A DNA stretch of 58,989 bases, the filler included, from Sphacelaria rigidula (taxonomy: Eukaryota), in the NCBI GenBank assembly GCA_964200075.2. It is 10 parts of 10 records of this genome, joined end to end, with 100 filler letters (N's around TTAATTAATTAA, not from the genome) between each part and the next. Parts side by side here need not be neighbours in the genome. Positions count along the whole stretch, not along the records: positions 47,273 to 53,081 come from CAXNAA020024296.1; positions 53,182 to 58,989 come from CAXNAA020024297.1; 8 more parts are not named here. The stretch is one strand, 5' to 3'. Position numbers and translations under genes: made by a program. Within the stretch, counting starts at the first letter, position 1, and every line of letters begins with the position of its first letter. The notes under the pieces were generated by a model. That model did no database searches and had not been told where the DNA came from. It saw only the letters and a program-made list of their open reading frames with translations. Positions 49,990-58,989 of the stretch are shown piece after piece.

Positions 49990-50322
49990 TGTGTGTTTGT
50001 GTTTGTTGCCATCCCATCTAATCTGGACGCCAGTCTACATCTTTCGGCATATGTGGACGCATCAGCCAGGGTCACACCGGAGGAAGGTCAACACAAGATT
50101 TTTCCATCTTCTATTTTGTTCTTGTACTCCATTTTCCTTCTGCGGTGCTTGCCTTCCTCATTATCGGGAGAAGAATCAAGCGGTCCCTTTCCCTGATCGA
50201 CCGTGAACTCGAACGTTGAGGATGTTGTAAGAAAAAACTCCGGATCAAGTGATTTCATCGAGATCCGAATTCACGTGTCAACGGTCAAAATATTTTGAGG
50301 TTACCAACTGGCCCGCTGGGGC
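49990..50322 (-). mobile_element. tRNA-derived SINE, near full length
   Basis: Minus-strand head GCGGGCCAGTTGGTAACC (A-box-like) with a degenerate B-box GAATTCGGATCTC; conserved body; (CA)-rich tail. Confidence 0.7.
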
Positions 50323-51209
50323 AACCGGCTTCAACAGGCAGTATTCGTAGCCCTCTAAACGCCGGGTTGAGAGCGGCCCGTTTTTCCTTCTTTCTTGATC
50401 GTTCAAATCGTAGACTTGACGCAAGAGGTATGCTCCCCCTTCTCTCCTTCCCTTCCCCACATGACTATTTAGAGAATTAATGTCCTGTCCGTTGTGTGAG
50501 AAGACAGATTTGAGCAGAGGCACTAGCTGAACGGACGACGCGCATTTTCCACACGTAATTTGCTTCTCGAAATTTGGGCCGTATATGCGCCTTCATCCAC
50601 AAACGACCGGCCTTCGAACAGGCTTTTCTGGCTCTTACATACCGCACGTCAGCTCCGGGGCCCTCAAGGGCCTACAAGGAGGACAAGAACACACTGGACG
50701 ATGTTCCATAACATCAGTAATAAAGCACAAGAAAAATAATACCCACCATTCAAGCATCCAGGCCACATGATTGTCGATTGCCATGCCAGAGACAGAGAAA
50801 AAACAAATGTAGTGTAGAACTACGTCAACCACACATGTGTGTGTGAACCATTTCTCTGTTTCATTCCTCACCGACGATGACGAGGCAGCAGCTGCATGTC
50901 TTGCTGTCAACCCTTTCACAACCCCGGGTGCATCCCGCTCCATTTTCAGTTGAAAAACGAGTGCTCAAGGACCCATCGACGTCACCTACAATAAGCCCCA
51001 AACCACTTACGAAGCGTCCACCCGTTGAATCTGTGCCATTTTCCACGGAATAATATGACTAGCCAGGCATGAACAGCTGTCCGTGTCTGTGGGCGCTACA
51101 GTCAAAATGATGCTTTGGTTGAACGTGTATCCGTCCGTATCGAAGTTTTTGCCTTCAACCATTGATAGGACCACCAGCAAGAACCGCATGCACACAAAAA
51201 GTCCGATGC

Positions 51210-51535
51210 GCGCGCGTGTGTGTGTTGTCATCCCATGTATTTTGGACGCCAGTATACACCTTTCGGTGTATGTGGGTGCATCAGCTGGGGCCACACAGGA
51301 GGAAGGTCAACAAAAGGGGTTATATTTTCCGTTGTGTTCAAGTCCTCCACCTTTCTTCTGCGGTCCTTGCCTTACTTTTCATCGCGATAGGGGTTCGGCA
51401 GTCTCCATCCCTTGTGAACCGTCGAGTCGAACTTCGTGTACCCACGAGAAAGTCGCTCTCCACCGTTGGGCATAACGAGAGAAAAACACACACGCACACA
51501 GATCGTGTGACGTCACCGAGATTCGAACCCACGAG
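51210..51535 (-). mobile_element. tRNA-derived SINE copy
   Basis: B-box GGTTCGAATCTC on the minus strand (~51518-51529); same body; tail GGGATGACAACACACAC. Confidence 0.75.
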
Positions 51536-51621
51536 TAGTTTCGTATATACGCGAGGAACAAAACAAAACAAAACAAAATTTTGAGCAATCACTGCTATTT
51601 CCCCCATTTTTGTGATCAAAC

Positions 51622-51746
51622 CTTAGCGCTACCCTTGAGGTCTTGTCGACAGGCTCATCAGTCGGGAAAGCGGCATCGGTGTACTTGGTGAACACGGGCA
51701 CCAGCGATCGGAATGCGCCTGGGTATGTCGCCACAAGCTCCCAATC
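51622..51746 (-). CDS. Same gene, exon B
   Basis: GCGCAG|GAT acceptor, AAG|GTTTGA donor (phase 2); DWELVATYPGAFRSLVPVFTKYTDAAFPTDEPVDKTSRVAL-R. Confidence 0.8.
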
Positions 51747-52624
51747 CTGCGCACCACAGATCAATATCAGCACACGAGATAAATGTTTTTGATTTTTGAG
51801 AAAACGTTTGCCTCTACTTACCTATATCTGCGGTAGTAGAGCGTACGGGGATGCTTCGCAGCTGTTGTGTTTCCAACGAGGACCTGCTTCTTCATAGCAG
51901 AAAAGATAGAGCACACCTCTAACAAACGACAAACGGTAGGGCCAGTTACCGGTATACTACCATAGAGGAAAACCACGACGACAGGAAACATGGACTCATT
52001 TGGGGCAAAACATGACCAAACACAGACGAATACGAGCATACACGCTCGAGATATGCGTCTTGGTTTCGGCGGAGTACATAAATGTGCGACAGTCAATCAA
52101 GCAAGCAAGCAGGCGATGAAACATGGTCAACTTCCACAAACTTTGCTCTATATAGCAGCTGCGAAATATTTTGATCAGTTTGGGAGCAAGCATTGCGCTG
52201 AAGTGCTACATACAGCTGCAGCATTTCGTATATCTGTGAGCATGGAAGCATTTCAGATGGGGAAAAAAGGATCCCAGACGAAGGAGGAACGTTCGGTGGA
52301 AGTCAGCACGGAGCACGTCGAGAACCACTGATGAAAACCAGCACACCGCAGACAAACACGCATTCTACAGCGTCTCATCAGTAACGAAACAAGAAAAAAA
52401 GTGGACAATGGTGAACCAACCACACAAAACATGTCAACACAGTACCAAACAGTTGGCTGCTGCTGCTACTTTTACTATTACCTCGTACTACTTTTACTAC
52501 TACTACTATTAATACTGCAAAAACATAATAAGACCCCTACGAGTACATCAATGAACGTGACGATGAAACAGGTGGTTGAAGCTCATTCACACGCCAGATT
52601 TCTGTTTCTAAAAATGTGTCGCAC

Positions 52625-52792
52625 ATCGTCGAAGATATCTTGTTGCAACTCGTCCAGCATCTTCGAGGCCCTCCTCAATTTGTCCCCGAAGCGCAGTCGC
52701 ATCACGTCCACCGCCGCTCCGGTCGCTGCCCCCGCTGGCTGAGTCCCTGTTCCCACTCCCACCACCAGTGCCGCCAGTCCCAATCCCGCTTG
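52625..52792 (-). CDS. Putative thylakoid-lumen PsbQ-like helical-bundle protein, internal exon A
   Basis: TTTTCAG|CAA acceptor, GAT|GTGCGA donor; 56 codons QAGLGLAALVVGVGTGTQPAGAA..DKLRRASKMLDELQQDIFDD (hydrophobic stretch plus AxA site). Confidence 0.75.
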
Positions 52793-54334
52793 CTGAAAAC
52801 GATGCAAGCACAGCGAGCCCCACGAAAACGATAGCGTTAGATGGAGAACGAGGCAACGACGTTTTTATTATTTTGTTATCCATTGATTGCTTGTTTTGTG
52901 CCGTTTCAACTATTAATGTACGAATGCAGTCGTGGTCACGAGAGTTGCTGAATTTTTTTTGTTCCTGAGACAGTGCAGTGTAGCTCAGTTTAGCAAAATC
53001 AGATTTGGGGGGGGGGGGGGGGGGGGGGTGATGATTATTCATCCCATAACTCTTTGACCAACGAGGAGAAGGGACCACGGGNNNNNNNNNNNNNNNNNNN
53101 NNNNNNNNNNNNNNNNNNNNNNNNNTTAATTAATTAANNNNNNNNNNNNNNNNNNNNNNNNNNNNNNNNNNNNNNNNNNNNTGAGGGATAAACCAAAAAC
53201 CCCCCCCCAACCCCACAACTTGAAGTACGATACTAGTTTGCGTTCCCCCCCCCCCCCCTTCCCCGCACATACTTCCGGGTTTCATCCCCACCGAGATACC
53301 CCAGGGCAGATTTACATTGCGATTCATGCCAAATGAACTAAGCGTTGGGCGACATGTACACATGATTCGTCTCACATGAACTAAATGATATAATTGAATG
53401 CCCATGATTTACCTTCCACGGTGTACCGCACGAATCACGAACTCGGAATGTGTACACTTCACTTTGTGTCGTACGAATCACCAACTCAAAACATGTATAA
53501 GTTGCAAAATGATGTACGAGTCGTATGGTTTATTCGTTCAAATGATTAGCACGAGTTGAATCACGATTTGATCTGTCCGAAACGTGAAATATTCAAAAAT
53601 ACTGGTCGGAGTTTCTCTCGCGTGGCGACAAAAGAGAACAATTTGTGCAGCCCATGTCGTCGCCGGAGTCTGGAATAGCGCCGATGCTTACAGCCACGGC
53701 CTCTACGTAGCGTCGCAGTCCTTCTCGTGTCTTCGTTTCTTGGGTTCTGGCGCACCGAGCGTGCTTCAATTTCCCTTCCTGGGGTTGGTTTCGGTACTGC
53801 GGGTTGTTCTTAGGCATGGTTAGGTCCAGTTTGAGGCCTGTGTTTTTTTTTGCTTTTGCTAAACGCCAATCCCTGTTGCTGTTTTATATCCGCCTATTTT
53901 ATGTTCCTTACTCCGCTTCTGTCCTGAACGTGTCGGCACTGTGCCAAACCCTTCCACTGCACGGGTAATATCCATATTTTAATTCAAGGTCATTGAACAT
54001 CTAAAGCTGATGTGAGCCACGCCTGGAAACACCTGTCCAGTGGAAACTTCGACACTCAAAGCCCGATCGGTTGATGAGGCCGGTGTATTCGGGTGACACG
54101 GGTACATATAGGCCTCCACATGTACCCCGCACCGTAGTCCTCTCTTGGGCTGACCTTGGCTAACCTTGAGCTGAGAGATAAGTTGAACGCGTGGTCTCGT
54201 ATGTGAATCGCGTGTGTCACTGACTATTTTCGGACTAAGCTTGAAATGGCTCGTCGTTCCCTGTGGATTTTTTCGTGTGGTGGCGCGCGTGCGTGCGGCG
54301 GCGGCGGCGGTTATGTGACACCTGTGCTTTACAG

Positions 54335-54421
54335 GCGTCGTTGGAAGGCGTACCGGTGGCTGTGTTGTACAACAAGAGCGACCTCCCGACGGCTGTGCCA
54401 GAAGACAAGCTGCGTAGAATG
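54335..54421 (+). CDS. Sar1/Arf-family small GTPase, penultimate exon (G4 NKxD)
   Basis: TTTACAG|GCG acceptor, ATG|GTGAGG donor; ASLEGVPVAVLYNKSDLPTAVPEDKLRRM. Confidence 0.85.
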
Positions 54422-54834
54422 GTGAGGAGGTGTACAAACATATGCGAATATATTGTATCAACTTGGTTCATGCATAATTTGTTTTTTTCCGTCGTTCTTA
54501 TTATCCCTCCGCTTCCTCGGGACGAATCCGTAAACCCCGAACAATCGACCCGCATCTCCCCCTCTACCCGCTTGATGTTCTGGCAGCGCGGATTGGATCA
54601 GTTTTCCCGCGCACCGCGTCGACTTTCGTCGAGCGTTATTTGCTACTCATGTCGCCATGCTCTTTATCAATGGAAACCAGATTCTGCACAGAAATATCGT
54701 TCACGTCGGAATGCGCACAAGTCAGACCATCGTGGTGCGGCGGCATAGCTCGTGTTGTGGAAACTTGAGGGGGGGTTTTGGTTGTAGCCCTCAACGTTGT
54801 CGATTTTCTTTTAACTCTCTTGCATCCCCCCCCC

Positions 54835-55570
54835 AAAACAAAAGTACGAAGGGCACGATATAAGTTGGGACAACGCAGTCGAGAAAGTATGGAAAGAGAT
54901 GGCAGGGAATCAAGACGAAACACTGCCCATAGATGAAGGCGCGGGGTACAAGACAAAAGTAAGAGACACGGTAGAAATCAGGGAAAAAGAAGCGTAGACG
55001 CAAAGTAGACGGGAAAGAACACCTGGAGTTTTACGGGGGTTTGAGAGAGGGGATAGGGATGAAAACATATTGGCATGGTCCAATGGACGCGGCGAGAAAT
55101 ATGAAACTGCGATTTCGGGTGGGGGACCTAGACCTGCCATAAAGGAAGAAGAGATATACCAGTCGCCGAAAGAAGGAGGAAGTAGATGGATAGATTTGTC
55201 CCTGTGGCAAAGCAATAGAGAGCGAAAGTCATATACTGGCAGAGTGTGAACTATGCAAGGAGGAACGCAACGTGCCAGAGCGGGAAATGCGGGACGTGAA
55301 CGAAGGTGGCATGAAATAGTTTGATGCATTAGACAGTAGGGAGAAAACGATGGCTATACTAGGAGATAGATGGTGGCCAGAGACGGCGAGACAGGACGGA
55401 TAAGATATGTAGAAGGTTTTTGTCCAATGTATCGAAGAAACTTCATGAGCGCCCGAATGTAGAAGGTGCCTCTATTAGGAGTAGGCACGGTGCTCCGTCC
55501 TGAAAGGGATGCGTGGTCATGCTCAAACGACTAAGGCAAGCAACAAATGAGTACCCGCCCCTCCCCCTCC
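54835..55570 (+). mobile_element. 5'-truncated LINE (ORF2 C-terminus with CCHC finger plus 3' tail) in the GTPase intron
   Basis: WDNAVEKVWKE, FRVGDLDLP*RKKRYT, CPCGKAIESESHILAECELCKEER, AILGDRWWPETA, then the shared tail; a C9 run lies at the 5' junction (54826-54834). Confidence 0.9.
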
Positions 55571-56653
55571 TCCACTCCTCCTTGTCCCATGGGGTTGGCG
55601 TCGGTTGGCAACGACGCTGTAAACCACGCCACCCACTGCGTAAGCTGGGCACCTGGGTTACCTTTTGTTTTGCGCTTGTATTTTTGTTGTGGTAGCCATG
55701 ATGACACTCTATGAACCCCCCCCCCCCCCCACACACGCACACACACACACTCCATGGTGTTTGGGTTGCAAGAGCGCTCTCTCATGACAACGCCGATGCT
55801 CCACTTGAAGTCGTGATATCACCCAGAGTGCCGAGAAGTAACCATCGCTGTTTCCGACGTCCAGGATTCGGCTTTCGACGGCGGGGTGTTGGGCTGCCAC
55901 GTAGGTGATCAACCGAATGAACAATCGATCTACTGATTGTATCATGCCATGTTATCATCTGGGAAGCCAGCCGCGATCGCAAGAAAGATGCACCCGAAGT
56001 GAAATGCTCGGAAATACTCGCAAGCTTTCTTTGAGAGACTTTCACACTGGCAGGAAGGCCGCCGCATCAATGCTTCTTCGGCGACCAAGCAAGCGAGGAA
56101 CCTATTTGCACCGTAACGGAAGAAAACAGCCAGGTTGTACCGCAAAAGTCGGAGTACGAAAACACTTCTGTAGTTGAAAAAAATCAAGCGTCCAATTTAT
56201 TTACCGTGCTTCTTTTTATCATGAGACGTTTTTCCCTCTGAGGTCAAGGCAAAGGCATTCATTCCGTCACCGCACGTCCCCTTCTTGCCAAATCATCGCT
56301 TCATAGATCAAGAGGACCTCTGCATCAAAGAGTTTGACACGATTATTTGAAGTCAGGCGGCTGATTTGTTTTTCACTCCACGGAACGTCTCACAAGGAAA
56401 CTCGCTTGCCCTAGCTTCCGTCAGTTCTTGGGTTAGACCGAGCAACCCTATGTCAAGACGTCGATAGTATGAAACTTGCTATGCTATATTTGTGGACTTG
56501 CTCTCGTTGCTGAGTCAGTTGTCATGTTTTATTTTGTACTTCAACTGAATGGTGCTAATTGTTCGTCAACGAACAATCATGTTCTACCTTCCCCTGCTCT
56601 CGTCCTTGCCATTCCTGTCCGTCGTGTGTGTGCCGCTGTGTTGTTTGCGACAG

Positions 56654-56764
56654 TTGGACCTGGAGCAATTGCAAGCCAGGAGACCCATCAAAACATTTCG
56701 TACCTCAGTGATCAAGGGGGAGGGCTATCCCGACGCGTTTCGATGGTTGGGAACACATTTGTGA
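56654..56764 (+). CDS. Sar1/Arf-family small GTPase, last exon (G5 region)
   Basis: CGACAG|TTG acceptor, phase 0; LDLEQLQARRPIKTFRTSVIKGEGYPDAFRWLGTHL*, resembling the Sar1 C-terminus RP...F.CS...GY...FRWL. Confidence 0.85.
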   Translation: MDLEQLQARRPIKTFRTSVIKGEGYPDAFRWLGTHL

Positions 56765-58989
56765 CACCAATTATGCCCTCGTCGTTTTGGTTTCTGATTT
56801 ATTTCTAATTTCTTGGAATAGCTGTGCTCTTGTGGCGTTATGTCATCAATCGTCGTGGGTGGGTGGGTGGAAACGTTCAGCCGTGGATTAACCCTCTCGC
56901 CTTTTTTCTTTCGATAGCGTAAACACCTTTGAGGAACTCGTTTCACCAATGCCCGGCACCCCTTCCCCCCTACAGTGTGAATTGTTTCGCCTCCTTTTTG
57001 TGTGGAATGTATTTTTCCGGTAGCGCCCTTCCCCCGCCCCCCGCCACGTTGTGTTGTGTTGTGACGATGCGCAAGAAAAGCCGTTAGGAAATTGTAATGA
57101 AGTCCACGGTTTTTTTCTCTGAACCTGTTTTCATGCAGTGCTTCGTGTTTAAGGCGGTGGAACCCTTCCTCTGTAACGGCCGTGAGGGGAGAAGAGAGGA
57201 AAGCTGCAGCGTGCATGCTCGACGCCATCATAACTCAATGCGGATGTATGACTTGCTTTGTCCACAGCAATGCGCGACGAGTTGCTGTTTCCTGTGCGGC
57301 AAAGCGTCCACACACGCGACTACCTCGAGTGTGGGTCGATGCTACGCCATCCTGAATAAGGACACGGTAGCGTCGAATTTGCGCCGGGTTAGTGGTGCTT
57401 TGCCAAAAGCAAAACCAGCGGTCAACGAGAATCTCCAGGGCTCTTGCCGGATATACCAAAACCGTCTAGTAGGTGTAGTGTTGAATGTTATGGGCTATCT
57501 TTGGATAGTTTGCCTCACATCGAGAGTATTTGGTGGTGGTGATGATGAATAGGTATAATGCCGTTCGATATGCGAATTCAGCAGATCGTGTATCTGCATT
57601 CCTCGTATTCGCCCCGCTTTCAACGTCCCGATTACGACTCAAATGGGTGGAGGAGTTTGTCCAAGATTCATATCCCATATGTATGTACACTCTCATGTGG
57701 TGGCTAGGGCAGATCGGTTCCAAGGTTTTGATCTCCCTGTGGAGCCTAGGAGACATGTTATTTTTCGCGACGACGACGTGGGTCAAGCAATGAAGAGAAG
57801 AGCACATCGGGGATGAGCTACTGCAAACCATGACCCATGTGTGCGAGATTCGGTTCTCTCATGTGCGCTACTTCGTCTCATGATTCATGAATGAGTTACT
57901 TGAACCTACGCCTTAGTCGTCAGCTCTCCGTGCTCTCCCGGTGTACCTTACAAACGTAGGGTCTGAGGCTTGCGCGTGTGATCTGGGTGGTGTTGTCCAC
58001 TGCAACACCGTACGGCCACTGTTTCGAGCCAACATATGTTGCCATCCACTCTACTCCCTACCCCGCATTTACTTCCGCCACTAGGCCCTGGCCGATGAGG
58101 TATGCCATAGTTTTTGCTTAAGATGCCTGATTTGAGCAAGGCGATGTTAAGATACGGGATTAACGGCACTCAAGCAACGGTGAACCGTTGCTGATGTTTG
58201 CCGCGAACCAGGCTCTGGCCGATTAGGCACGCCGTAGGCTATGAGGAACTCGCTCAAGTAGGGGTTAGGCTGTGGGCTATGCTCAAATATTTCTGAACTG
58301 AGCAATTCTCGCGTTCCATGATGGACCGGCGATTTCAGCGTTTTTATGTCTTCAAGCCACCCTCGGCGTGTACATTTACAAGTATTTAGTGGGGATGAAG
58401 AAAGCAATGGCGAGAAGCTACAGGTGAAGTAGCGCAGCATGTTTGACAGCGCATGTCTCGAAGTATTGTCTAGCGGTTGCCGTAAACGGGATGCCGTAGT
58501 CACCACGCTCTGCCTGTCCATATTGTGCGCTCCAGATCGCGCCCTCCGCTCAGTACTTGTTGCTTCTCAGCCATACACTATTCGTATACGCAAGTTTCCT
58601 TCAGTTTTTTGGCTCGAATTCTGAAGAAAAACAAACTACTCGTATATTTTCAGAGTAATTTTGTATTCAGTCTTGAATCGATCTATTATTGACTGACCCG
58701 GTTAAAGAATCTGCTCTCATCTTTTTGCGATGGGATTTTATCTTCCAAGTAAGCAAGAGATTTTGTCTGGAATAAACTCCCCGTAGATTGTACCTGTTGA
58801 TACAAACGCGCGTTCGTGCTGAATACTGCTGGAGCTAAAAGTGGGGATTCAGGCTTGGAATTGGTTGTGAAGAGTGTGGCGAGTCAATTCTTTTTACACA
58901 CCAGTAATGTTTACTGAACAGCCGATCCTAATTTTTGGGGTTGAAACATAAAATGAGGTTGAAGTCCCATTTCTCCATTGCAGGAAAGA

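Noticed and set aside
57097..58620. Several 70-170 aa ORFs downstream of the GTPase
   Set aside because: No supportable homology or exon structure.

Overview
Eukaryotic, repeat-rich nuclear DNA, most likely from a brown alga (Phaeophyceae). That assignment is an inference from long GT-AG introns, an FNIP-repeat fragment, a thylakoid-type targeting signal and the repeat families present. The window is not contiguous. It is ten unrelated ~5809-bp contigs joined by artificial 100-bp linkers (N44-TTAATTAATTAA-N44), so no synteny can be read across gaps. Host genes that can be reconstructed exon by exon: an N-myristoylation-motif SCY1/SCYL2-like pseudokinase, a PsbQ-like thylakoid-lumen protein, the 3' end of a Sar1/Arf-like GTPase, a coiled-coil/low-complexity protein and an FNIP-repeat fragment. 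The rest is mostly transposon debris: APE-type LINEs, tRNA-derived SINEs, Copia and Gypsy remnants, hAT-like elements with subterminal arrays, and nested Tourist-like and foldback MITEs. Two observations stand out. (1) A decayed, intronless Mutator-like remnant (12.9-15.7 kb, minus) appears to carry SWIM, Zn-knuckle, OTU-like, Ulp1-like and USP-like protease motifs in series; this is motif-level evidence only. (2) Every 3' end of one LINE family abuts a C-homopolymer, and one copy is flanked by C-tracts on both sides, suggesting poly(C) target specificity. No CRISPR array, rRNA, intact tRNA gene or clear viral element was found.
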